From Polyangiaceae bacterium (GTDB lineage Bacteria; Myxococcota_A; Polyangia; Polyangiales; Polyangiaceae): 64,000 bases of DNA. The stretch's first letter is position 1, and the number at the start of each line of letters is the position of its first letter. The translations under genes were made by a program, and so were the position numbers. The DNA lies in NCBI GenBank assembly GCA_050287085.1, contig JBNKBE010000010.1, positions 64,001-128,000 on the forward strand, read 5' to 3'. Shown here in pieces: positions 29,501 to 38,386 of the stretch. Under the pieces are notes generated by a model, which saw nothing but the letters and a program-made list of their open reading frames with translations, was not told the DNA's origin and ran no database searches.

Positions 29501-30381
29501 GGCACGTTTCCTTGGGTGTCCTTACCCCACAGCCATGCGTGGGCCGTGCTCAGTGCGGCATCATGACTCAATAGCGCCTCATGTCCTAGGCCTTGGAACT
29601 CGACGTAGTGCGCGTCGGCCAGTTGCCGCGCGGCGGCCTGGCCTTGTGTCGTTCCTTGAAAGGCTTCGTCCTGTGTTCCTTGTAGCACCAGTGAACGGCA
29701 GCGAACACGCGGTAGAAATCCGCTCATCTGCATGTCGTCGCCTGGATCCAGCCGCTCCCATGGGGAGGGCCGGACCATGACCAGGTCGTAGGCGGGTGCA
29801 AATAGCGTAAGTGAGCCTGGAGTCTCGTTTTCGTCGGACAGCGCTGCCGCTACGCTTGCGGCGTAGTACGCTCCAATGGAAAACCCGACCAGGTGTAACT
29901 GTCGGGGCGCGAGCGATTCGCGTGCGAGCAGGTCGCGCGCCGCCAGCAACGCGTCCTGCTCGATAGCAGCGCGTTCCGGCGTACCGTTCGAGCCCTCGTA
30001 GCCGCGGTAGGCTAGCGCGCACAAGTTGGCGCCGTGACCTGCGTCTATTCCTTCCAGGACCTGCATGCCGAGCTTGAATTGCCGTTGGTCGTTGCCCGGA
30101 AAGTACAATAGCCAGGGCGCGTCGGGCTGCTGGGAGCGCTTCAGGGCCGTGGGCAGCGGTATTCCGTCTTGGGCGCGGGTGGTACCCTGTGTCCATGCGT
30201 TGGCCACATTCGGCGAGGTCTCTTTGGGCGCGTCGGAGCCGTCCGAGCCATTGGTTGCATAGATGAAGCGAAACCGTTTGCGACCGAAGAAGCGCTCCCG
30301 AATACCACTGAGTTCAAACATACCGGCAACCGCCCCCAGGGTTAGTACCGTGCCTTGGATAACGCGCCTCCGCGCCAACAT
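29497..30381 (-). CDS. Alpha/beta hydrolase with N-terminal anchor
   Basis: LYFPGN, YRGYEGS, GFSIG nucleophile elbow, QGTQDE, GLGH. Confidence 0.85.
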   Translation of the reverse strand: MLARRRVIQGTVLTLGAVAGMFELSGIRERFFGRKRFRFIYATNGSDGSDAPKETSPNVANAWTQGTTRAQDGIPLPTALKRSQQPDAPWLLYFPGNDQRQFKLGMQVLEGIDAGHGANLCALAYRGYEGSNGTPERAAIEQDALLAARDLLARESLAPRQLHLVGFSIGAYYAASVAAALSDENETPGSLTLFAPAYDLVMVRPSPWERLDPGDDMQMSGFLPRVRCRSLVLQGTQDEAFQGTTQGQAAARQLADAHYVEFQGLGHEALLSHDAALSTAHAWLWGKDTQGNVP

Positions 30382-30383
30382 TC

Positions 30384-30938
30384 TCAATTCTCTTTCTTTA
30401 CGATCACCGCCGGATTGCCTCGAGCGATCTGCCCAGCGGGGACGTCTTTGTTTAGCACCGCACCGGGCTCTACTAGCGCGCCGTCGCCAATGTTGACGCC
30501 GGGTAGAATGATGGCCCGTGCGCCCACCACAACGTCATTTCCGAGCACAACCTTGCCGAACTCCAGGGGCCCGGCACGGCGCTGCTTGGGCCCCAATTGA
30601 TGCGAGCTCGTCAAGATCATCGCACCTGGTCCTATCTCTACTCGATCCCCCAGTTCGATTGTTTCCTGCAGGTCCAGTACAATGTCAAAGCCAAGCACAC
30701 AGTCCGAGCCGGTACTTAGGCGGGCGCAGGGACGGCCCTTTCCGGTGAGTCTCGGCAGCCCATACACTAGCGTATTGGGACCCAGCCGGCAGCCCACGCG
30801 CTTCATTAGACCGGCCAACTGCGCCGGTGTAAGGGTTGGAAGCAGTCGATAAGACAGCCGCAGTACGGAGAGGTCCGGGGTGAAGCCCGTGACCTCTTCC
30901 GATAACACTTGGGCAATTTTCGTGAAAGCCGTGTTCAT
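30384..30938 (-). CDS. Hexapeptide-repeat acyltransferase
   Basis: LGDRVEIG, TSSH, LGNDVVVG, IGDGALV, GNPA. Confidence 0.9.
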   Translation of the reverse strand: MNTAFTKIAQVLSEEVTGFTPDLSVLRLSYRLLPTLTPAQLAGLMKRVGCRLGPNTLVYGLPRLTGKGRPCARLSTGSDCVLGFDIVLDLQETIELGDRVEIGPGAMILTSSHQLGPKQRRAGPLEFGKVVLGNDVVVGARAIILPGVNIGDGALVEPGAVLNKDVPAGQIARGNPAVIVKKEN

Positions 30939-32299
30939 CCGTCTTGATTTCTTCTGAGCTTCTTAAAGCGAACACCGAACTGATCGCCGTCGGCAATTTC
31001 CACTAGCCTGGGAACTTGGAAGGGAGCTAGGCGTTCACGGCAGAAGGCGTGCATGCGCTTCTTGAGCGTACTCAGGTCTTCTGGTTCCGAGAGGGTGAAG
31101 CGTGCTGCCACCATCTGTCCAGTCATTGGATTGGCCTTGCCGAATACCGCTACGTCGATGACGTTTGGCATCTCCAACAAATGGCTTTCGACCTCGTTTG
31201 GATACACCTTCTGTCCGCCGACGTTGATGAGCTCTGACTTCCGCCCCAGGATCCGAAGATACGTCCCGTCCACCTCGACGGCATCCTGTGTGTTAAGCCA
31301 TCCCTCCTCGTCAAACAAGTCGGGGGCGTTCAGATAGCCCAGCATGGCTCCGTCCGCTTTGACCCAAAGCACCCCTTCGCGCACCTGGACGCGGTAGCCT
31401 TCTTCGCTGAATTGAATCCAGGGGGAATTGGAACTCTTCGACCTCGAGCGCAACACCCCGAGTTCGCTCATTCCGTAGGTCTGCACCAATGAGACGTCGG
31501 GGAACGCTTCGTGGAGACGTTGCAACGTGCCTTCGGGCATCGGCTCAGTGCCGTAGGCGATGACCTTCAACGAGCTGAGGTTGTGGTGCTCTGCTACTCC
31601 CGCAATCAGAAATAGGTTGAGGAAGGTGGGTGAAGTCGGCAGCGTATGCACTTGGTGTTTGGCGATGGCGCGGGCCACACATTCCGGCTCCCTCCGCTCG
31701 ACAGTGACCAATTTGCCCCCGCTGCTCAACGTATTGAGCAATGTATCGATGCCCCCGATATGGTCGAAGAGCAGAAAGCATAGGGTGGTCTTTCTGCGCT
31801 TCGCTTCCCGAAACTTCTCTAGAATCCGACTGACATCATGCAGGATGGCCTTGGGTTTGCCGGAGGAACCGGACGAGAAGATGAGCAGACCTGGTTGTTT
31901 CCGCTCGCGCAGCTTTGCCAGGAGCGGATTCTCATCCGGCGCTAGTTCGCGTCGAGTGAACGAGACCTCCCCTACGTCGCTTACCTCGATCAGCAGCGTT
32001 CCTTGTGCAATGTCGAGAAACGCATCGCGGTGGGGCCGCATCTCGCGCACCAGCGGCGCCACGATGGCGCCAAGGCGCCAAAGGGCGAGAAGCAAGCTCG
32101 TTGCTGCCTCGGTGAACGCGCCTTCGATGCCAACCACTTGTCCGGCACAAACACCCTGCGCGCGTAGCGTCGACTCCCACGTTTCCGCCTGGGCAACAAG
32201 CCCGGCGTATGTGGCCGTACGCTCCTCACCGGGGGCGGTCGGGTACACCAACGCTGCGTCTGTGCCGAAACTTCGGAGTCGCTCGAAGAACCAGTCCAC
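30935..32299 (-). CDS. AMP-dependent acyl ligase (ANL superfamily)
   Basis: FSSGSSGKPK P-loop, QTYGMSE, GRKSELINVGGQKVYP. Confidence 0.92.
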   Translation of the reverse strand: MDWFFERLRSFGTDAALVYPTAPGEERTATYAGLVAQAETWESTLRAQGVCAGQVVGIEGAFTEAATSLLLALWRLGAIVAPLVREMRPHRDAFLDIAQGTLLIEVSDVGEVSFTRRELAPDENPLLAKLRERKQPGLLIFSSGSSGKPKAILHDVSRILEKFREAKRRKTTLCFLLFDHIGGIDTLLNTLSSGGKLVTVERREPECVARAIAKHQVHTLPTSPTFLNLFLIAGVAEHHNLSSLKVIAYGTEPMPEGTLQRLHEAFPDVSLVQTYGMSELGVLRSRSKSSNSPWIQFSEEGYRVQVREGVLWVKADGAMLGYLNAPDLFDEEGWLNTQDAVEVDGTYLRILGRKSELINVGGQKVYPNEVESHLLEMPNVIDVAVFGKANPMTGQMVAARFTLSEPEDLSTLKKRMHAFCRERLAPFQVPRLVEIADGDQFGVRFKKLRRNQDG

Positions 32300-32310
32300 C
32301 GGGCACCCCC

Positions 32311-33018
32311 TCAGGTCACGCCGCCGAGGTAGATGACCTGACCCGTGATGTTGTCGCTAGCCGGACTGATGAAGAAGTCGCACACGTTTGCACAGTCTTC
32401 GGGAGTACCCAGCCGCTTGATGGCGAGGTTGTTCACAACCTCATCAACCTTCTCTTTGGGCACTCCGCGGATCATGTCGGTCATGATCGGAGTTGCGCCA
32501 AATGAATTGCACGTGATGCCCCACTGGCCCAATTCATAGGCCAAGATGCGCGTGAACGTCACGACGGCGCTCTTCGACGCGGCGTAGACTGCCTCACCGG
32601 CGAGCGCGATGGGAGCTACGATAGTAGTGAAGTTGACGATTCTGCCGTGGCGCCGTCGCATCATGACTTTTGCTGCCTCGCGACACACCAGCATGGTGCC
32701 GGTGACATTGACCTCAAGCATTCGATTTGAGGTGGATGCCGGGGTAAGCAGGACATGATTCATGCTGGCGATCGCCGCGTTGTTGAGCACGACGTCAAGG
32801 CGCCCGTGCCGTTTGACGATGTCTGCGGTCATCTTGCGAACACTGCGCTCGTCGGCGACGTCGACGAAGTGGTGATGGTAGTCCGGGTTGTCGATGTCGC
32901 ATTCTTTCCGACTGCAGCCCTCTACTAGATACCCGCGTTCCAAGTAGTATTCGCTCAGGTAGCGACCAATCCCCTTGCGCGTGCCCGTGATGAGCATGAC
33001 TTTTTTATCGGTACTCAT
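32311..33018 (-). CDS. SDR oxidoreductase, 3-oxoacyl-ACP reductase-like
   Basis: ITGTRKGIG, NNAAI, YAASK, ITGQVIYLGG. Confidence 0.92.
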   Translation of the reverse strand: MSTDKKVMLITGTRKGIGRYLSEYYLERGYLVEGCSRKECDIDNPDYHHHFVDVADERSVRKMTADIVKRHGRLDVVLNNAAIASMNHVLLTPASTSNRMLEVNVTGTMLVCREAAKVMMRRRHGRIVNFTTIVAPIALAGEAVYAASKSAVVTFTRILAYELGQWGITCNSFGATPIMTDMIRGVPKEKVDEVVNNLAIKRLGTPEDCANVCDFFISPASDNITGQVIYLGGVT

Positions 33019-33320
33019 GCGGCTTGAACCTCTGCAACGGTTGCGACCACGTGCTCCGCGAGAACACCGACGGTGCGAAATGGGCTATTCTTGGCGGACA
33101 TCGCCTTCTCGTTGGCGAGTACGATGGACACGTCGTGTTCGGTCTCCACGATCTGCTCTACCTCGACGATCAGCGAGACAACACCGAGCGAATCCAGTAC
33201 CGCGTCGGGACCGACGAGAACTGTATCCGCCGTCACGCTTTCAGGTGCTGGGAGCCCGCTTTGCTCGAAGACCTCGCTCAATGCGCGAAGGATGATACTT
33301 TGTGCAGTTGATTGTTCCAT
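33015..33320 (-). CDS. Acyl carrier protein
   Basis: Small acidic protein, LDSLGVV phosphopantetheine site, SPFRTVG. Confidence 0.88.
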   Translation of the reverse strand: MEQSTAQSIILRALSEVFEQSGLPAPESVTADTVLVGPDAVLDSLGVVSLIVEVEQIVETEHDVSIVLANEKAMSAKNSPFRTVGVLAEHVVATVAEVQAA

Positions 33321-33374
33321 GTTGGTTCCTTATCTGGACTCGTGTCTGTCGCAATAGAATTCTTGCCGTGGCCG

Positions 33375-33830
33375 CTATCGCCAACGGGCCAATGAAATGC
33401 GTCGCGTCCCCGACAGCAGCATGTTGTCTGGGACGTCTTTGCGAACGATGGTGGCCGCGCCGATCACGCTGCCCGCTCCTATGGTGACTCCCGGCATGAT
33501 AACCGCGCGCGCCCCAATCCATGCCCCGGCGCCAATATGGATTGGCTCGTGGGCAAGGAAGGTGACCTCGTGACCTATTGCAACGTGGTCTTCGATTTCC
33601 ATCGCCGCGCACAACTCGAAATGAGCTTCGACGTTGAAGCCACAATAGCTGCCGATCTTGAGCCATCGCCGTGGGTCCCCCGCGAACTTCGGGACGCCCC
33701 AGAACGTCGTCGCATCACCGATCGAGATGCCCACGCCGCGCAGCGTGTGTCGAATGACACGCGAGCCGACAAAAGGCGGCAGGGTGGACAGCGCGCGTTG
33801 CGCGCAGGCGACGATGAGTGGTGTCGTCAT
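33375..33830 (-). CDS. Hexapeptide-repeat acyltransferase
   Basis: IGSYCGF, IEDHVAIG, IGAGAWIG, IGAGSVIG; start set at ATG 33830. Confidence 0.85.
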   Translation of the reverse strand: MTTPLIVACAQRALSTLPPFVGSRVIRHTLRGVGISIGDATTFWGVPKFAGDPRRWLKIGSYCGFNVEAHFELCAAMEIEDHVAIGHEVTFLAHEPIHIGAGAWIGARAVIMPGVTIGAGSVIGAATIVRKDVPDNMLLSGTRRISLARWR

Positions 33831-34350
33831 GGAGTTGCGAGAGCAGGGCACACCAAACCCAACGGGTCGAGAAGCTGGCTGCTCGAGACCGCCTCGCGCC
33901 GGAGCGTCTGTCTTGCGTTCTGGAGATCCGGAATGCTGCAAGGTGTCAGAAACCCTATCAGAGCAGGGGTATTTCAGCGCCACCAATCTGTCACCAACTT
34001 TGATTTAGCCAGCTTGGAATCGGTTGTCGCGCCAGCTGGGCCTCTGCCTACATCGGCGCTACCGACGCGCCGCGACTCGCCGACGTCTCCACGCCAACGG
34101 GGCACCTGCGCCTGAAGTCTTTCACGTTCGCGTTTCGTGTCGCTTTCGGAAGCGAAGCTCGCTAGCCAGCGAGCTATGGCCGGTCGTCCTGTCCGCAGCG
34201 CTGCGCTGGCGGACTTCGTTCCGTTTGGAAACCGCGCGGCGCGGCTGCTGCGCTCGGCCTCGTGATGCGGCTTCGGTGCAGCGTAGTAGAAACATCAACA
34301 GGCCCGCGCTGCCTCCTGACGCGTCGTCTGCTCTGCAGGCAGAGCGAGGG

Positions 34351-35643
34351 TTAACGGTTGAAGTCTTGTCTGCGGAGTGCGCTCCCGCCCAGCTGGATTG
34401 CGGCATAGCCGAAGCGGCTTCGCACCTTGTCCAGCGCCTGCGAGCTGCGGGCCGTGGTGGCCGCGAAGGGCAACGTGAGCTGTTGTTCTTCCGAATCCAG
34501 ATTGGACAGCGCGACGCCCAGGAGCCGGATCGCGCGGGACGGCTCCCAGCTGCCTTGCACCAGCGCTTTGGCAACTTGGAATACGACCGCGTCATCGGCC
34601 GTTGCGCTGCCCGTGCGAGAGCGCTGCAGGGTTTCGAAGTTGGTGTAGCGCAGCTTGACCGTGATGGTTCGCGCACAGACGCCACGAGAACGGGCGCGCC
34701 AACATACCCGCTGGACCAGGGCCAACAGCTGGCGAGTCACGGCTTGATCGTTGTTCAGGTCGTCGCCAAATGTGGCTTCGTTGGAGATTGAGCCAACGGT
34801 GCCGCCGGGTGCGTCGTGCTCCCGAAAGGCGGGCCTATCGCGGCCGAGAGAGCTGGTTTCACCCAGGAATGCTTGGCCGAGTCGGCTCTTTAGGTCCGCA
34901 AGCCCCTTGGTCTCTTGTGCGTTGGATAACGCGAGCAGCTGCTCGATGGTGTGCAGATTCAGGCGCTTCAATCGCGCTTCTTGCGCGGGGCCGATGCCGG
35001 GAAAGCGCCGCAGCGGCAGGGGGCCGAGCCAAGCGCGCTCCGAGCCTGGTGGGACGAGCACAACACCGGAGCCGAAGCCCTTATCGGCGTCGGTCACACC
35101 TCGTAGCGGCTTGGCCAGTCCACTGGCCATCTTGGCTACGATGCGCGTACAGCCGACGCCGGCGCTTGCCGGCAGGCCCAGCTCGCCTGTGATCTGAGAG
35201 CGGACTTCGTGCAGTACGCGCACCAATGCGGCGTCATCGCTTTGATCCTCAGCTCGTCGGTAGAGCTTTTCGCAGCCGTGAAAGTCGAGGAGGAACTCAT
35301 CGATACTGGCGGTTTGAACTTGGGGCGCGTAGCGTTCGAGGATGGCGCGGACGCGCTTGGCATATCCACCATAGTCGCCGCTGGGCGCGACGAAGTGGGC
35401 CGAAGGGGCTAAGCGGCGGGCCTCCTTCATAGGCATTCCGGAGCGGACGCCCAGGGCGCGGACCTCGTAGCTGGCGGAAAGCACCACCCCGCGCTGGCCG
35501 GGGCCTGCGCCGACGATCACCGGCTGTTGCCGCAAGCTGGGATTGAGCAGGCGTTCAACGGACACGAAGAACATGTCGAGGTCCAGACAGCAGATCCTCG
35601 CAACGCGCTCTCCTGTCGCAGGGGACCGCTCGAAGCTATTCAT
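34351..35643 (-). CDS. dinB: DNA polymerase IV (Y family)
   Basis: LDLDMFFVSVE, SYEVRALGVRSGMP, SIDE, AKMASGLAKP, PGIG, IRLLGV. Confidence 0.95.
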   Translation of the reverse strand: MNSFERSPATGERVARICCLDLDMFFVSVERLLNPSLRQQPVIVGAGPGQRGVVLSASYEVRALGVRSGMPMKEARRLAPSAHFVAPSGDYGGYAKRVRAILERYAPQVQTASIDEFLLDFHGCEKLYRRAEDQSDDAALVRVLHEVRSQITGELGLPASAGVGCTRIVAKMASGLAKPLRGVTDADKGFGSGVVLVPPGSERAWLGPLPLRRFPGIGPAQEARLKRLNLHTIEQLLALSNAQETKGLADLKSRLGQAFLGETSSLGRDRPAFREHDAPGGTVGSISNEATFGDDLNNDQAVTRQLLALVQRVCWRARSRGVCARTITVKLRYTNFETLQRSRTGSATADDAVVFQVAKALVQGSWEPSRAIRLLGVALSNLDSEEQQLTLPFAATTARSSQALDKVRSRFGYAAIQLGGSALRRQDFNR

Positions 35644-36353
35644 GCGTTCAGTTTAGCAGCTATTGGCACCTCGACGCGAGGCGGTTTGATGGCAGGCGGA
35701 GAGCATTCGCGGAACATGAGTGCGATGCGTGGGCCAGCGTACGCGACCTTGGGCACGGCGTGCTCGAAGGTCTCTTGGCAGGACCCACCCATGACCAGCA
35801 GATCACCTTCTCCGACCTGGAAGGTGAGGGAGCGACCTCCTCCCGCCTTTCTCAACAGGAAGCTTCGCCGCGCACCTACGGATGCGATGGCCACCACGGT
35901 ATCGCGGCGAAGTGCCCCCAGCTTGTCGCCATGGAACGCCACGCTGTCATTGCCATCGCGGTACCACGCTAGGCTGATGTGGCTTAGATCTCGCCGGTAA
36001 CGTCGGCTGAGGAGGCGCGATAGGTCCAACAGTTGCTGCTCCGCGGCTGCAACCGCCTCGGGCGACGCTCGACTCGGCATCACCTCTATCTCGCTGTCGT
36101 CCCAGTTGAGCGGCGCTCCCGTACCGGGGCGCGCGGCGATCAAGCGGGGCACGACTACGACGCGCTGGTACATGGGGCGTCGATGCTGTTGCCAGCGAGC
36201 GGCGAGACGCATTGTGGTGAAGACCGAGTGTGGCGCTCTCAACCAGCCGGGGGCGTAGTCCACCCAGGCGCCGTGCCCCAGGGGCTTGTGCACAAGCGTG
36301 GTGAAGGTCTCGTCCGCGCCCGCCTGTCCCAGGTCAGAGAATGACAGCTGCAC
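35640..36353 (-). CDS. AlkB-family 2OG-Fe(II) dioxygenase
   Basis: YRDGNDSVAFHGD (HxD), EHAVPK, RIALMFR; ATGA overlap with dinB. Confidence 0.9.
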   Translation of the reverse strand: MQLSFSDLGQAGADETFTTLVHKPLGHGAWVDYAPGWLRAPHSVFTTMRLAARWQQHRRPMYQRVVVVPRLIAARPGTGAPLNWDDSEIEVMPSRASPEAVAAAEQQLLDLSRLLSRRYRRDLSHISLAWYRDGNDSVAFHGDKLGALRRDTVVAIASVGARRSFLLRKAGGGRSLTFQVGEGDLLVMGGSCQETFEHAVPKVAYAGPRIALMFRECSPPAIKPPRVEVPIAAKLNA

Positions 36354-36359
36354 CCGCCT

Positions 36360-36387
36360 AGGATACTGAACAAAAGAGCAGCGTCAA
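36360..36387 (-). promoter_or_regulatory. Sigma70-type promoter with LexA (SOS)-type box in the spacer
   Basis: Minus strand TTGACG-CTGCTCTTTTGTTCAG-TATCCT; box 36366-36381 is CTG-N10-CAG ending in GTTCAG. Confidence 0.7.
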
Positions 36388-36430
36388 GTCGGAGCCCACG
36401 CTGCGCAGACGGGGCGCGCCGCGCGGACGT

Positions 36431-36853
36431 TCACGCTTGGTCGCGGGGGGGCGATTGGGACGCATCGGGCCCGGTCGGCGAGGGGAGCCAGAGTAGCTCA
36501 CGCTCACTTTGCGCGGACCCCACCCAGTGGCGCCGGCGGTGGATCAGTCTCGTGCGGCGATTCCAAGCCTGAACGATCGTGAGATGAAAGCAGGCCCACG
36601 CGGCCAGGGACAACACCAAGGGGAGCACGAAGAAGGGCATGACCGCGTCGCCGGTGGCGCGCCTCGCCAAAGCCAAGCCAACATTGGCTCCCGCGCCATG
36701 GACCCCACCGAGGAACGCAGCCAAGGCCGCGACGCTACGATGACCCAGCGTCTGGTCGGGCGCTGGACGCAGCCACAACAAGGGTCCCCAGAACACGTCT
36801 GAGTCGGTTAGCTCGTTGAGCAAGTCATCGTGGCGTCGGCTCCAGTTGCGCAT
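36431..36853 (-). CDS. Hypothetical membrane protein (2 TM)
   Basis: ATG 36853; DVFWGPLLWLRP then two hydrophobic segments and AWNRR. Confidence 0.6.
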   Translation of the reverse strand: MRNWSRRHDDLLNELTDSDVFWGPLLWLRPAPDQTLGHRSVAALAAFLGGVHGAGANVGLALARRATGDAVMPFFVLPLVLSLAAWACFHLTIVQAWNRRTRLIHRRRHWVGSAQSERELLWLPSPTGPDASQSPPRDQA

Positions 36854-37315
36854 GGTCTCTTCGCTTCGGAACGGCCACTCGCTCAGAAACCTAAACCGAA
36901 TGCTGAGGGCCGAGGTCGCATCTGGTTTGACGCGGCGGGACACCTCCGGGGCGCCGCGTCGAGAGCCTGTCCTGGGTCCATTCGGAGGGGCCGCATCGGG
37001 GGTGTATCGGGGCAGCTGGGCGTTGCATCGCTCCGCCGCCCGCATGCGCTGGGTCTTCACATCCGCTGCGGGCGCTAAGAGCCGTTTGCGGATTAGCTCG
37101 GGCGCTCTCACGGAAGATCGGCTTCGGGGTACGCCGCATCCGAGCTCCGGCGGTCGCGTGACCGGGCCCAGCGACCCAGCTAGCCAGCGACCACCGGAAT
37201 GTCTGATGTGTTCGACGTGAAGACGCACTGCCGCCGGCGGGTCGGGGCACGATGAGAGCTGCAACTCCCTAGCCTGCTGGGAGCAGTTCTGGTGTACTCC
37301 CTTTCGAGAGAATCC

Positions 37316-38386
37316 ATGAGCGTGAAGTCTTTTCTGGTCGTAGCGTCGTTGGCGCTCAGCGTGTTGATCGGTTTGGTTTTGGGGCGCCCTTCCGGGGCGG
37401 ATTCAGCAGCTAGCGAAGGCGAGGCTGGTCCCAAACGCGTCAAGCTGGGGCTGTCGATGGATACGCTGAAGGAAGCGCGTTGGGCGAAGGACCGCGATGC
37501 GTTTGTTCATCGGGCCAAAGAGTTGGGGGCCGAGGTAACCGTGCTTTCCGCAAACAGCGATGACAATCGCCAAGTGGCTGATGTCGAAACACTGATCACC
37601 TCGAAGGTGGACGCGATCGTGATCATTCCGCATGACGGCAAGGCGATGGCCAAAGGCGTGGAGGTAGCCCACCGTGCAGCCACGCCAGTCATCGCGTACG
37701 ACCGACTCATCGTCGATAGCGACGTCGACCTCTACATCACCTTCGACAATGAACGTGTGGGTGAGCTCCAAGCTCAGTTCATTCTAGATAAGCTGAAGGA
37801 TGCTCCAAAGCCAATCAAACTGGTGCGCGTTTACGGTTCAAAAACCGACAACAACGCCTTTTTGTTCAAAGCTGGACAGGACCGAGCCTTGGCGAAAGCG
37901 ATCGAACGCGGAGACGTGGAGGTAATTCACGAGGATTGGGCGGATGATTGGAAGCCCGAGAACGCCAAGCGCATCATGAACGCAGCCATCACCAAGCATG
38001 GTCAGCGTATCGATGCCGTATTGGCTTCCAACGACGGTACGGCTGGTGGCGCTATCCAGGCGCTGCGCGAAGAAGGCATCGCGGGCAAAGTCATAGTTAC
38101 GGGCCAAGATGCTGAGCTCGTGGCCGTCCAACGCATCGTGGGTGGGGAGCAGGCGATGACGATCTACAAGCCGGTAAGAAGCCTCGCGGAGCGTGCGGCA
38201 GAGGCGGCGTTTGCCCTGGCTACGGGCAAGCCCTTGGTCGCCAAGGCCGAGCTGAACAACGGTCGTATCGACGTGCCCACTATTCTTCTGGACGTCGTTA
38301 CGGTGACCAAAGACAACCTCGACGAGACCTTGATCAAGGATGGCTTCCACACCAGAGCTGAGGTCTACGACGGCGCTGCGCCGTGA
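37316..38386 (+). CDS. xylF: D-xylose ABC transporter substrate-binding protein
   Basis: MDTLKEARWAKDRD, AYDRLI, GSKTDNNA, SNDGTAGG, TGQDAEL, MTIYKP. Confidence 0.9.
   Translation: MSVKSFLVVASLALSVLIGLVLGRPSGADSAASEGEAGPKRVKLGLSMDTLKEARWAKDRDAFVHRAKELGAEVTVLSANSDDNRQVADVETLITSKVDAIVIIPHDGKAMAKGVEVAHRAATPVIAYDRLIVDSDVDLYITFDNERVGELQAQFILDKLKDAPKPIKLVRVYGSKTDNNAFLFKAGQDRALAKAIERGDVEVIHEDWADDWKPENAKRIMNAAITKHGQRIDAVLASNDGTAGGAIQALREEGIAGKVIVTGQDAELVAVQRIVGGEQAMTIYKPVRSLAERAAEAAFALATGKPLVAKAELNNGRIDVPTILLDVVTVTKDNLDETLIKDGFHTRAEVYDGAAP

Noticed and set aside
28349..33830. Polyketide or fatty-acid synthase cluster
   Set aside because: No ketosynthase, malonyl transferase or condensation domain
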